From contig NW_013657664.1 in NCBI RefSeq assembly GCF_000142905.1, positions 338,133 to 402,132 on the forward strand: a stretch of 64,000 bases of DNA, given 5' to 3'. Below are positions 11,201 through 21,573 of this stretch, in pieces. A model generated the notes under the pieces. That model did not search any database. It was not told the origin of the DNA and saw only the letters and a list, made by a program, of their open reading frames with translations. Every line of letters starts with the position of its first letter. The stretch's first letter is position 1. Source of the DNA: Thecamonas trahens ATCC 50062. Lineage: Eukaryota; Protista; Apusomonadida. Made by a program: the position numbers and the translations under genes.

Positions 11201-12109
11201 TGCCGAGCGACCGCCGTGCCTTCTTGCGCGCTCCCGACACAGCGAGGATGCCTGTGGTTGCGCCATCAGCGTTGAGCAGCGGCGCCCGGCCGCCAGGAAG
11301 AATTGATGTCGTGTCATCGTCAGAGTCAAACGTGGCCGGTGCGACCTCGTCAAACGCCGCGTTGGCCGTCGTCAGCGTCTCGACGGCAGCCACGAGCTCG
11401 GTTGCTGGTTGCGGCTGCCGTGCATTGCCTTCAACCGGCACCATCTCTTCGATCAACGGCTGTGGCTCCTGCTGTGGCTGCTGCGGCTGCTCCTGCTGCG
11501 GCTGCATCGGGGTCTGCGCGCCAAACGTGCCGATGGAGCGACGGCCAGGGCGCCTCCGCGCCTCCTGGCCTTGAAGCAGCGAAGAGGCGTGCGAGCGGAA
11601 GGCACCGAGCGAGCGGCGACCCGGACGGATTCCAGCGAGAGCAGCCGCTACCGGCGGGTCGCTCGCCTCGAGCAGGCTTGCACCGAGAGGACGGAAGGCG
11701 CCAAGCGAGCGCCGTCCGACCGACTTGGCCCGCGGCTTGGCGGCCGCCTCCTTATCTGACGGATCCTGATTGAGCGACGCAGCACCGCGAGGGAGCAGAG
11801 CCCGCTTCTTGGACGCGCGTGTCGGCTGAGCATGTACATGGGCCGGCGTGTGGGCGTGTGTTCGGTCGTCGGGGAAGTGGTATGACGGTGGTGAGTCGGT
11901 GGCTTTGGCGCCAAAAAGGGGGGAACAGTTTGAACATTTGCCAACACAGAGGGGGGAGACACAGGCCACATGCCCGCCATTCTTGCCCCGCATGGGCATG
12001 CACGTACCGTCACAGGGGCAAAAGAGTTCTCCTTGTCCATGCTGAGCTCGCGCTTCATGCCGGTAATCCCACCGCCTGGTGACGCCGGAGCGTTCTCGGT
12101 GAGGGACAT
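8283..12109 (-). CDS. KNL1: kinetochore scaffold KNL1/Spc105/Spc7
   Basis: Exon 1 12109-12008 (MSLTEN...MDKENSFAPVT), GTACGT...CAG intron 12007-11826, exon 2 11825-8283 in frame. SILP/GILA then RRVSFA PP1-docking motifs, about 10 MELT-like (MEMT/IELT) repeats, C-terminal coiled coil and RWD-like region. Confidence 0.9.
9830..10400 (-). repeat. intragenic tandem repeat (units of about 174-198 nt) encoding KNL1 MELT modules
   Basis: gtcatctccattgactcgtcagc recurs at 9922, 10120 and 10294 with near-identical intervening sequence. Confidence 0.92.
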
Positions 12110-12270
12110 GTCGCCGAACTGCGGGGAGAGGTGGCATTCGGCTGGCGGGCGAAGGGCCGAGTGGGGAGGGGGAGGGGGGGAGTGACACAGAGTCAAACGG
12201 GTGGCGTGGCGGGGGCTGTTGCCATTACGTCTCTTCATAGTCTGATTACAAGGTAGGTAGGATCCACAGT

Positions 12271-12346
12271 TGGTGGTGGGTAGTGGTGGTGGGTGGTGGG
12301 TGGTGGGTAGTGGTGGTGGGTGGTAGGTAGTGGTGGTGGGTGGTGA
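12271..12346 (+). repeat. GGT/GGGTAGT-rich simple repeat in the divergent KNL1/HINT intergenic region
   Basis: Iterated ggtggtgggtagt-like units. Confidence 0.75.
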
Positions 12347-12469
12347 CCAGGTGGTGACAGGTCGCGCTGCGGGCAGACAGGGGTGGGGGTGGGGTGGGCA
12401 TGGGAGTGTGGGGTTGGTGGGAGAGGGTGCGGGTGCACACTCGACTGACGCACAGTGGAGGCGTGGGAT

Positions 12470-12961
12470 ATGCTGGCCATGATACGGAATGCTGCTCGTG
12501 GGGTGATGGGCGGCGGGCTGGGTGGGGTGGCGGCTGGCGGCTGGGGGCGACGGGCTCTGGCGGCGTCGAGCAGGAGCATGAGCGAGGTTGGTGTTGCGCC
12601 ACCGGAGGACATGTCCAAGCCGACCATCTTTGACAAGATCATCTCTGGTGATATTCCGGCAAATGTGCTGTTTGAGGACGATCAGTGCATGGCGTTCTCG
12701 GACGTCAACCCGCAGGCACCGACCCACTTTCTGGTCATCCCCAAGCGCCGCATCTCGCAGCTGTCCAAGGCCGAGGAGGACGACAAGGCACTGCTCGGAC
12801 ATTTGATGTACACCGCGCAGGCTGTGGCTCGCGAGCAGGGCATCGCTGATGACGGCTTCCGTGTCGTCATCAACGACGGCCCGAACGGCTGCCAGTCGGT
12901 CTACCACATCCACCTGCACGTCATCGGCGGCAAGCAGCTCTCGTGGCCGCCTGGCTGCTGA
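12470..12961 (+). CDS. HINT2: histidine triad nucleotide-binding protein (HINT2-like, with putative mitochondrial presequence)
   Basis: [40 protein letters not shown]. Arg/Ala/Gly-rich N-terminal extension; ATG at 12470 or 12479. Confidence 0.92.
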   Translation: MLAMIRNAARGVMGGGLGGVAAGGWGRRALAASSRSMSEVGVAPPEDMSKPTIFDKIISGDIPANVLFEDDQCMAFSDVNPQAPTHFLVIPKRRISQLSKAEEDDKALLGHLMYTAQAVAREQGIADDGFRVVINDGPNGCQSVYHIHLHVIGGKQLSWPPGC

Positions 12962-13143
12962 TGGCCTAGTTGTCGACAAATGCTTCGGTAAAGTCTTCAC
13001 TCACACACACACACACTCTCTCTCTCTCTTTGGCGATCGCTGTGCCTGTGCTGGCTGACCATCGGCCGCGGTTGTGGCCGCTTGTCTTCCTCCGCCGAGT
13101 ATTCCCATTGTCACACTCCACCCGCAAGCCGGTCCCTACGACC

Positions 13144-13785
13144 ATGGCCGCGGCCGAGGTCTACTTTGAGCGACAGAAGAAGAAGCTCTGCCTAGTGCAT
13201 TCGCTCAACGCGCTACTGCAGCGCAGAGCGTTCACCAAGGCTGCGCTTGACCACATAGCCAGCGAGCTGAAGCGCAAGGCCAAGGCACTTGACCTGCCGG
13301 CGGCGGCGCACAAATCGATGCTGGGAAACTACGATGTGAACGTGCTCGAGGCCGCTCTGGCAGAGCATGGGCTCGGCACAATCTGGTGGGACTCGCGACG
13401 GGAGCTGGCGGTGCTGATGGCAGGGGTGCCCGAGTCGCCGCGCGGCGGCGTCGTCCTCAACTTTCGCCGCAAGCGAGCGCTGTTTGGCTCGAGCCGCCAC
13501 TGGATCACTGTGACGGCCATTGACGGTGTGTGGTACAACCTCGACTCCAAGAACAAGGTTCCGGTCGCGTTTAGCTCGTTTGGCGACGCTGTGCACTTTG
13601 TCGCCAGCACGGCGCTCTCCTGCGACGGCCACGTTCTCGTGGTCCAGCCTGCGGGCTCGGGGTCGGGGTCGTCGGCGTCAACATCCTCATCGACCTCGTC
13701 GTCCACCGATGACGAAGAGCCGCAGACGCGCGCCCCGAGGATTGACCCCTCGAGGCACATGGTCGGGAGCCCGTACCCGCTGTGA
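13144..13785 (+). CDS. Josephin-domain deubiquitinase (JOSD-like)
   Basis: YFERQ...LCLVHSLNALLQ (catalytic Cys), GNYDVNVL, RHW (His), WYNLDSK (Asp). Confidence 0.93.
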   Translation: MAAAEVYFERQKKKLCLVHSLNALLQRRAFTKAALDHIASELKRKAKALDLPAAAHKSMLGNYDVNVLEAALAEHGLGTIWWDSRRELAVLMAGVPESPRGGVVLNFRRKRALFGSSRHWITVTAIDGVWYNLDSKNKVPVAFSSFGDAVHFVASTALSCDGHVLVVQPAGSGSGSSASTSSSTSSSTDDEEPQTRAPRIDPSRHMVGSPYPL

Positions 13786-13821
13786 GACGTGCAGCTTGAT
13801 GCTCTTGGCCGTCCCTGTCGG

Positions 13822-14694
13822 TCATGAGCGGATGTCCGCAGGCGGCGGCGGCGAGCCGTACGTGTCGTCGTCGTCATACGAGTCAAAGTCGTTGTCGTGA
13901 AGCGAGGCAAGCGGAGCCTCGAGCGCTGGGTCGCGGTACTTGGAGGGCAGATTCAAGACGGCTGGGGTGGCCGGACCGTCGTCCGAGTCCGAATCAGACG
14001 AGTGGTCGATGGCAGCGCCGTTAAAGGTGGAGAGCGAGCGCAGAATGGCGGCGTCGTCTTTGGACGGCTTGACGCCCGTGGCGGCCAGAATGGAGACAGA
14101 CCATATTCTGGCTTCCTCCCACGAGGTAAATGCAAAGACGGTCTCCTTGCCAGCCACGGTGATAGTGAGCTGGTTCGGCTTGCCGTGGCTCCCGCCCTCG
14201 TCGAGCTCGACGGCGTCGCCGGGCGCAAGGACAAAGGTCTCCTTGACCGACCCGTTCTCGCGGTAGTGATACAGGTTGCAGTCGCGGATGGAGAGCGAGT
14301 GGTACTTCCACTTGCGCTTGCGCAGCGTCGAGCCCCAGTACCAGACATGCGCGTCAAGGTCGACGTCGGGCTCGTCATCGGCAGACTTGCGGGCGGCGGC
14401 GAGGGCCGACGCCCACGCGCACGCCGTCTCGTACGAGCCAAAGGAAAAGGTCCACGAGCGGCCGTTGCCGTCCGAGAGCCGCAGGCAGTTAAGCCTGCCG
14501 AGCACGTCCTCGTTGTGTCCAGCCACGTCGATCTCGACGTCGTGTGTCAGGGCGATGACCTCCTTCGGCTTGCCTGTGCGGTAAAAGTGAAAGACCTGTG
14601 CGCCGCGGAGCGCAATGCTGTGCTCCTTCCACACCTTCTTCCGCAGCGTTGAGCCCGAGTAGAACACCATAGCCTCCATGCTGTTGTGGTCCAT
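13822..14694 (-). CDS. tandem PH-domain protein
   Basis: Two internal repeats, GSTLRK(K/R)xWK...(Y)R...F.F.S.E.A..W, typical of PH folds. ATG at 14694. Confidence 0.75.
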   Translation of the reverse strand: MDHNSMEAMVFYSGSTLRKKVWKEHSIALRGAQVFHFYRTGKPKEVIALTHDVEIDVAGHNEDVLGRLNCLRLSDGNGRSWTFSFGSYETACAWASALAAARKSADDEPDVDLDAHVWYWGSTLRKRKWKYHSLSIRDCNLYHYRENGSVKETFVLAPGDAVELDEGGSHGKPNQLTITVAGKETVFAFTSWEEARIWSVSILAATGVKPSKDDAAILRSLSTFNGAAIDHSSDSDSDDGPATPAVLNLPSKYRDPALEAPLASLHDNDFDSYDDDDTYGSPPPPADIRS

Positions 14695-15141
14695 ATCCGT
14701 CTCTTCCGGCCAATTCACCTGTGTTGCTGTCTCCGGCCTGGCGCAGCGACAACGAGCAGCTAGCTGTGCACAGTGGCCGGGGCACGAGCGAGTGCAGTCT
14801 GACCGCCGTTCTCGCGAAATGTTGCTGCGAGCACGCGACGTGGCACACGCTCCGGTCGCTCTCCCAGTTCGCCACTCGCTCGCTCGCAGCTCGCTCGTCG
14901 TCGACCTACGACTTCAGCCAATGGCTCGGGCTCGCCCACTATGTGGAGGCAGTGATACGACGTTTGATGATGACTTTTGGCTTGATGAGAGTTGCGCTCG
15001 TTCTGGCGACGGCCGACAGCGCTGCAAACGCATCGGCCAGCTGGAGCTCTCGGCGCGCCTCAACGCAGTCGGCGACAGATCGGGACTGCGTCGAGGCCAG
15101 GCTCGGGAGGAGGCAAGTTGTACGCCTGGGACAAGTTCTCG

Positions 15142-16047
15142 CTACTCGGCCTTGGCCGGAAGGCCGGCGTCGGGTGGTCCGTGGAGCCAGAACGATGGCG
15201 AGAGCAGCGGAGCGTAACTTGGTTTGACGACGGCATCGTACTCGGCGCGGGTTCGCTTGCCGGCGGCGTGCTGGCAGACGACGCAGAAGCAGGCCTTGGG
15301 GTATACCGATCCGAAGATATTGTCCCAGAGCTTGATGGCAAACCCGGTGTGGTACGGCTTGTTCTTGATGGAGAGCGCATGGTGAAGGTGGTGGTGGTAC
15401 GAGGTGTTGATGAGCGGGTTGTGCGCCGAGAGGAACGGGAGCTCAAAGCCGGTGTGGAGGTACGTGCCGTAGCCGTAGAAGATGACCGAGTACATGATAA
15501 ACATCATGTCCATGTTGATGGGAATGACGAGCGGGAAGACTAGGAGCGGGAGCGAGCGCATAAACTGGTCCGGCGCCTCGTCGGCAATGACGGCAAACGG
15601 GCTCGGGTTGGCGTAGATGTGGTGCGACTTGTGCACGCTCCACATCGCCGAAAATCGGTGACCGCACCAGTGGTAGAGGAACTCGTAATAGTCCGAGATG
15701 ACGACGACCGCCACTGTCGTCACCGCCAGGTACCCGACGGTGAGCCCGGACGCCGGAGAGACGCCGCAGTACGCCTGACCCATCCCGTGCTGGCTCATCC
15801 ACAGTGCCAGCGCCGGACACATCGTCGCCGCCCACAGTGACCGCAGCATCTCTACAATCTCGTTCCGCACGTGCCATGCGCTTGGGTACTTGCCGTTGGT
15901 CTTCCATCGCCAAGTCGCATAGCTCGGCCGGACGTAGAGGAGCCAAAACGGAATGCCCGAGAGCACAAACTGCGCCACCACGCCGAGGATGGTCAGCACC
16001 AACCAAGTGACCACAAAGTTGGACGTCGCTGAGATTTCACAGAGCAT
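15142..16047 (-). CDS. fatty acid hydroxylase / sterol C5-desaturase (ERG3-like)
   Basis: His boxes YHWCGH, HKSHH, YLH, HHHLHH; NPSPFA; WDNIFGS; TM segments. Confidence 0.88.
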   Translation of the reverse strand: MLCEISATSNFVVTWLVLTILGVVAQFVLSGIPFWLLYVRPSYATWRWKTNGKYPSAWHVRNEIVEMLRSLWAATMCPALALWMSQHGMGQAYCGVSPASGLTVGYLAVTTVAVVVISDYYEFLYHWCGHRFSAMWSVHKSHHIYANPSPFAVIADEAPDQFMRSLPLLVFPLVIPINMDMMFIMYSVIFYGYGTYLHTGFELPFLSAHNPLINTSYHHHLHHALSIKNKPYHTGFAIKLWDNIFGSVYPKACFCVVCQHAAGKRTRAEYDAVVKPSYAPLLSPSFWLHGPPDAGLPAKAE

Positions 16048-16218
16048 GCCGGAGGAGGTGATGGTGGCGGTGATGGCGAGGGAGACGGCTGCCTCGGTCT
16101 CGGTCTCGGTCTGTGGTTGGTGCGGGGTGGCGGCGGTGGCGTGGGCGGCGGCATGGGCACGCGTGCGCCTGCCGACTCACGAGCCCGCCTCGCCAGGCTT
16201 CCCCCAACATGCTTCCCT

Positions 16219-16857
16219 TCATTTGGACACATCCGATGCGAACTTGGTAAGATCGAGGATCTGCCGACAGAGGCCCTTGATGGTCTCCACGTCCGTCTCT
16301 CCCAACTCGGTGCCCATCGAGTTCACGGCGGCAGAGCGGAGGAGAGCGGCTGTGCTCTCGTCGAGGATGCCGGTAAAGTCGGCTGTCGCGGCGTTGGCGC
16401 GATCTCCCATGGCGATGACGACCGAGCTGTACGCGACGTCGTCTGGGACAATCAAGGACATTTCTGGAAAGTGCCATCCGTACCATTCGCGTGCCCGCGA
16501 CGCATACGTCTTGATCTCCGTCGCCAGTTTCGCGCTGAGCGATGCTCTCATGGCGGCCGGCGACTCGGGAACAGCTGTACCGTCACCGGCAGCGGCCAAG
16601 GGCTCGCCCAAGGCCGACACTGGCTCAGACGCACCATTGTGCTCCCGAGCGCCGTCTTCAGGTACGATCACTGCGATGCGGCAAAGAGTGTCAACAAAGT
16701 CCTTCTTGTCGCAGCCCGCCACATACACCTCGTAGGCGGCGGCCACCTGCTGGTTGCCCTCCGCGGCGAGCTGGGCGATGACCGGCGGAACGACCCCATC
16801 TTCGTCAGCGAACGCAACAGCCTCCAGTATCTTGTCTTTGCTGGGTTGTTTGGACAT
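16219..16857 (-). CDS. truncated Nop58-like protein (NOSIC segment only) fused to an unrelated N-terminal helical module
   Basis: REWYGWHFPEM...SMGTEL...DVETIKGLCRQI matches the Nop56/58 coiled-coil insert. Stop follows immediately; no Nop RNA-binding domain downstream. Confidence 0.75.
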   Translation of the reverse strand: MSKQPSKDKILEAVAFADEDGVVPPVIAQLAAEGNQQVAAAYEVYVAGCDKKDFVDTLCRIAVIVPEDGAREHNGASEPVSALGEPLAAAGDGTAVPESPAAMRASLSAKLATEIKTYASRAREWYGWHFPEMSLIVPDDVAYSSVVIAMGDRANAATADFTGILDESTAALLRSAAVNSMGTELGETDVETIKGLCRQILDLTKFASDVSK

Positions 16858-17033
16858 GATGCAGTTCTCGTGAGATGGTTGTCGGTGCTTCGACCCAAAG
16901 CCGGCTGCGTAGAACGATTCCGTCGATATCGAGATCGTGATCACGATCACGATCGGCCGCCAGTGCAAGCCGCTGCACTCGGCACTCGGCACCCGGCAGT
17001 GACCTACCCAGACAACACTTTACTAACGCAATC

Positions 17034-17681
17034 ATGTATGTAACCGGGAGAGATAGTGAAAGTGGGAACACGGCTGGGATGGGTGCCTCTTGTCGGGACG
17101 GAGGTGTGTGGTGTGAATGAGCCTTGCGTCGAGTGGTGGTGGTTGGGTGGACGGGCGGGAGGTCGGGGCCGATTTTCAGCCTTCTGACCGGCCGCTCTGC
17201 CGCCGCTTGCCATGCCTGCTTCCGGCCACAAGCGATACTCGCTTGCACGACTGCCTGTGGTCACGGTCTCGTTTACCGCTTGGCTGTGTAGCGTGTGCGC
17301 TGGTGTGGCCTGCAGGTGAGAGGGGAAGGGCGAGACGGGGAGAGGGGGGGCATGGCGCGGCAGCGGCCGATGGCAATTCGCAGCGTCGACTCACACGAGG
17401 ACCCTTGACGGAACGGCGCGCTTGGATGGCTCTGGCGACTGGACGACCGACCGGGTGGATGGGTGGGCGCGGGCAGGGGAGGCACTGAGCGGTTCCCGAC
17501 GCCGAAGCACGTGTGGTCGCCGTCTGGTGGCTGGTGGTGCCACCCGCAGATGTGGAAGCGCAACACGGTCTTTGTCGGCCTCGGCATCGCCCTTGCTGCC
17601 CTCCCGGTCTACGTCTACTCGAACACGGTCATGTACCAGCCGAACGTCCGTCCGGACCTCCCTGTCAACCAGAGCAAGTAA
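17034..17681 (+). CDS. small mitochondrial complex I accessory subunit-like protein (PKHVWSPxGGWW family, NUUM-like)
   Basis: RFPTPKHVWSPSGGWWCHPQMWKRNT plus a single TM. Model: AT(17034-35) | intron GTATGT 17036-17476 CAG | G GGA GGC gives MGGTERFP. Confidence 0.72.
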
Positions 17682-18325
17682 ATCTCCCACTCTCAGCTCC
17701 AGCCAAGGCCATGTTCCCCCCTTGCCCGGCTGCCTCCGACTACGCCGCTGCCGTCGTCGGCCCGCCACCCGCCAGCCCGAACCGCCCAACTGCGCCATTG
17801 CCTGACGACGACTTCCGGTCGTGGCCACCCGACTCTGCCCACCAGTCAGCCCGTGTTGGCAACTCCCCCCTCCAGTCCTTGCGCCCCGTCTTGGAAGCAG
17901 CGACAGAGACAAAGACCAACCATGGTACGGAACCTTCTCTCCCTCTCCCTCTCTCCATTCCCCTCCTCTCCTTCCCTTTCCACCCCCCCCCCCCCCCCCC
18001 CCTCCCTCCCCCCTTCTCGCCGCCCCTTGTCGCCCAACCCGCCGTTGCCTACTCCCCCCGGCTTTTGCACACGTGTTCGCCATAGCCGAGGCGACCGCCA
18101 GCCACTGCCGCCCTCCTGTGATACACCATACCGTACTACCCTTGCAGCACTCTGGCGTGCGACTGTGACATCGTGGTGCAAGTTTACGTGCGCTAGCAGC
18201 TGAGCAAGCCTGTAGTCCCTCCCCCCCTCGCTGTGCCATGGGTGAGCTTATGGCTGTCTCTCTGCTGATTCAGTTTTTTTTTTGTGGGTTGGAAGCAAAG
18301 ACGGTCCTCCGCCCCCCCCCCCCCT

Positions 18326-18441
18326 NNNNNNNNNNNNNNNNNNNNNNNNNNNNNNNNNNNNNNNNNNNNNNNNNNNNNNNNNNNNNNNNNNNNNNNNNNN
18401 NNNNNNNNNNNNNNNNNNNNNNNNNNNNNNNNNNNNNNNNN
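18326..18441. other. assembly gap
   Basis: N run between poly-C tracts. Confidence 0.99.
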
Positions 18442-18513
18442 CAAAATCCCCCCCCCCCCCTCCCACCTGCGCACTCACTCCATTTGCCCCGATGTGTGGT
18501 TCGGGTCACATAG

Positions 18514-21510
18514 GCTGCAAGCCAAGTCGGCTCCAAGCTGGCGGTGTACGAAGGCCTGCTAGACGTACTGCTAGATGACGAGATGCAGCTTGTGGAGGCG
18601 ATTGTGTCGCAGATGGACATTTGCGACGCCGACAAGCTGGCCAAGATCTTTGTGCACTGCTTCGAGTCGCGGGACATGACGCTCCAGCTGCTGGAGCGGT
18701 CTGTGACGCGGGAGATCGAAAAGACCGAGTACGCACAGGTTTTGTTCCGCGGCAACTCGCTGGCGTCCAAGATGATGACGGTGTACTCGCGGCTTGTGGG
18801 AACGCAGTACCTGCGGTCGACGCTGTGGCCGGTGATGTCTGCCGTTGTGGAGAGCGAAACGTCATTCGAGGTGGACCCTAACCGTGCGCGTGATGGCGAA
18901 GACCTGACAGACAACTTGGGCAAGGTGCGGCATCATGTGGAGGCATTTCTTGCGGCGATTTTGGACTCGATCGACTCGTGCCCGACGCCTCTGCGCAAGC
19001 TGTGTGCGGCGTTGATGGCGAGCGTGGATACCAAGTTCCCGGAATCACACTTTAAGGTTGTGGGCGGGTACTTTTTCCTCCGCTACCTCTGCCCGGCGGT
19101 TGTGTCGCCGCCGGCGTACTCGCTGATGGACTCGTTCCCCAAGAAGACAGCGCATCGTGGGCTGGTGCTCATTGCCAAGTCGCTACAGAACCTGGCGAAT
19201 AACGTGCCGTTCTCTGCCAACAAGGAGCGGTACTTGCTGGACATGAACGACTTTATCGAGGCCAACGTGGAGCGGCTCAACGAGTTTTTTGAGGCGCTGG
19301 CGACGGTCGACGACGAGGTCGAGCTCCCTCCGCCGGCGGACATTGACGCGGCCAAGGCGCTGCAGGTCCGTGTTGATCTGCAGCGGTACCTCTCGGCTAA
19401 CTACGACAACATTGTGGCTGCGCTGGAGAGTGGATGCGGGGCTGATGCGGCCGTGGTGGCTCAGTTTGCCGATGTGATGCAGACGCTGCAGCAGACGGTG
19501 GCAGCGGAGCAGAGCAAGGCGGCCAAGGCCAAGGGCGAGTCTGCGACGGAGCTTGACGGCGGTGGTGGCGACGACGAGGGCGGGAGCAGTGGCAACGACG
19601 GCCTTGTTCTCAACATGGAGCTGGAGTGGACAGAGAAGCCGCGCGATGCGGTGGCAATCACGCGCGACCTACTGTCGCGGCTGAAGAACATGGCCGAGTC
19701 TGCAGTCAATGATCTGGTGCTCTCGTCGCAGTCTCAGATGACGCTGGCGATGCTTGGGTCGGCGTCGGACACGTCGATGGACACGCCTGCGGCAATGATC
19801 GACATGCTCGGTGCGATTCCGTCGGCATCGCCGGGGCGGCTGGCAGACATGCGCGACCCGTACGAGTGGTCCAAGATTGCCAACTCGATCGACTTTTCCG
19901 AGTTTATGGTCGACACGGCCGAGCTGCAAAAGGTTGACCTTGCTGCGCTCGGCAGCCGGGCGGCGACGATTGCGTTCTGGATCAACGTCTACAACATGCT
20001 CGTTCTGCACACGCGGCTGTTGGTGGGCAAGATGCCGACGTCTGTCTTTGCGCGCAAATCGTTCTTCTCCAACTACAAGTACAACCTGGGCGGCCACCTG
20101 TTCTCGCTCGATGACATCTACCACGGCGTGCTCCGCGGCAACCCGCGGTTCCAGATCAAGCGGCGTGACGAGCGGGTCGAGTACGTCATCTCGGCGTACG
20201 ACCCGAGGGTTCACTTTGGCGTCTCGCAGCTCAACGCGTCGTCGCCGGTCATCCGCATCATGACGGCCGAGACCGTCTTCCGCAAGCTCCTCTGGGCAGC
20301 CATCACATACTGCAATCGTGAGGTCTCGGTCTCGGCCGAGAAGCGCGGTGTGACGCTTCCCAAGCTCTTCTCACTCTACGCCACCGACTTTGGCCCGTTC
20401 AAGACCGACGTTTGGTCGGTGCTCGGCCTCTGGCTCAACGAGGACGTCAAAGACGTGCTCTCGTCGTTCCTCAAGACCGGCAAGTACAAGATCTCGTACA
20501 AGGACATGGACTACGGGCCCAAAGTGCCCGTCTTCGAGACAGACTCGGGCGCCGAGGCCTTTGCGGTCTTCTCGGCGCGGAAGGACGCCGAGAAGGCCGC
20601 GTCCGAGTCGGCGGCGCCCGGATCGTCAGCGCCGGCTGCCGCCAAAGCCATCGAGGTTACCGCGTCGACCGACGACGGCTCCGACGAAATCGAGTCGGTG
20701 GTGGTGGACCTCGACGAGCTTTTTGTGGTCAATGTGGAGGAGGAGTGGAACGATGAGGTCCGGCCGGCCGTCGCCGTCTCCATTGACCTCGTCACTCACC
20801 TCGGGCGCCTAGTCAAGACCTTTATGTACGGGTGGACGTCGGTGGCCGGCTCGCGCCAGTTCCGCGACTTTGTCCTTGTCGCTGGCGAGCTGCAGAAGGT
20901 CTCGCTGGCGCCGCTCTCGGCTAACGAGCGCAAGTGCTTCTTTATCAACATCTACAACACGCTTGTCACCCACCTGTACATCATGTGCGGGCCGCCGACC
21001 TCAATCTTCTCGCGCAAGTCGTTCTTCAAGAAGTTCAAGTACAACATCGGCGGCTACTCGTACACGCTCAACGACATCTACCACGGCATTCTCCGCTGCA
21101 ACCGCAAGAAGATGTTCAAAAAGTCAGACCCGCGCCTCGCATATTCGATCCCACCCGGCGACTTTGATCCCCGCATCCACTTTGCCTGCTCTAACCTCAC
21201 CGAGTCGGCCGGCCCCGTCCGCGTCTACCACCCGGCTACCATCGACGTCGAGCTTGACGCCCAAGTCGCCGCCTCTATCAAGCGCGTCATCGAAATCAAG
21301 CCGGCTAAGAACAAGATCTACCTGCCCAAGATCATCGACATGAATCTTTCCGACTTTGTCAAGAAGAAGGACATGGTCTACGATTTCTTCAAGTCCTATC
21401 TCGACGCCGACGATCAGGCCGCCATCGAGGCCTTTCCCAACACCTCCAAGAAGCTGCGCGTCTGGTACCGCGACTGGCAGTGGGCGCCCGACCCGCAGTT
21501 TCTGTGCTGA
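18514..21510 (+). CDS. RasGAP-domain protein with two C-terminal DUF547 domains (first exon uncertain)
   Basis: LFRGNSLASK, GGYFFLRYLCPAVVSP, LIAKSLQNLAN (RasGAP); twice FWIN.YN.L / SLDDIYHG.LR / DPR.HF (DUF547). In-frame TAG at 18511-13 implies a splice acceptor with an upstream exon near or in the gap. Confidence 0.88.
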   Translation, partial: AASQVGSKLAVYEGLLDVLLDDEMQLVEAIVSQMDICDADKLAKIFVHCFESRDMTLQLLERSVTREIEKTEYAQVLFRGNSLASKMMTVYSRLVGTQYLRSTLWPVMSAVVESETSFEVDPNRARDGEDLTDNLGKVRHHVEAFLAAILDSIDSCPTPLRKLCAALMASVDTKFPESHFKVVGGYFFLRYLCPAVVSPPAYSLMDSFPKKTAHRGLVLIAKSLQNLANNVPFSANKERYLLDMNDFIEANVERLNEFFEALATVDDEVELPPPADIDAAKALQVRVDLQRYLSANYDNIVAALESGCGADAAVVAQFADVMQTLQQTVAAEQSKAAKAKGESATELDGGGGDDEGGSSGNDGLVLNMELEWTEKPRDAVAITRDLLSRLKNMAESAVNDLVLSSQSQMTLAMLGSASDTSMDTPAAMIDMLGAIPSASPGRLADMRDPYEWSKIANSIDFSEFMVDTAELQKVDLAALGSRAATIAFWINVYNMLVLHTRLLVGKMPTSVFARKSFFSNYKYNLGGHLFSLDDIYHGVLRGNPRFQIKRRDERVEYVISAYDPRVHFGVSQLNASSPVIRIMTAETVFRKLLWAAITYCNREVSVSAEKRGVTLPKLFSLYATDFGPFKTDVWSVLGLWLNEDVKDVLSSFLKTGKYKISYKDMDYGPKVPVFETDSGAEAFAVFSARKDAEKAASESAAPGSSAPAAAKAIEVTASTDDGSDEIESVVVDLDELFVVNVEEEWNDEVRPAVAVSIDLVTHLGRLVKTFMYGWTSVAGSRQFRDFVLVAGELQKVSLAPLSANERKCFFINIYNTLVTHLYIMCGPPTSIFSRKSFFKKFKYNIGGYSYTLNDIYHGILRCNRKKMFKKSDPRLAYSIPPGDFDPRIHFACSNLTESAGPVRVYHPATIDVELDAQVAASIKRVIEIKPAKNKIYLPKIIDMNLSDFVKKKDMVYDFFKSYLDADDQAAIEAFPNTSKKLRVWYRDWQWAPDPQFLC

Positions 21511-21573
21511 GCAAATGAAGCAAGAGAGCACAAGCAAACGCAGTCTATCTAGTCCGTGCGCTGGCACCTGGCA

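Noticed and set aside
12271-12346. Interstitial telomeric repeat
   Set aside because: Irregular GGT-rich units, not a constant telomeric unit.
14940-15010. Possible box C/D snoRNA (two TGATGA motifs)
   Set aside because: No properly placed CTGA D box or terminal stem.
17021-17027. Perfect TACTAAC branch-point sequence
   Set aside because: Lies upstream of the inferred donor with no nearby AG acceptor; probably chance.
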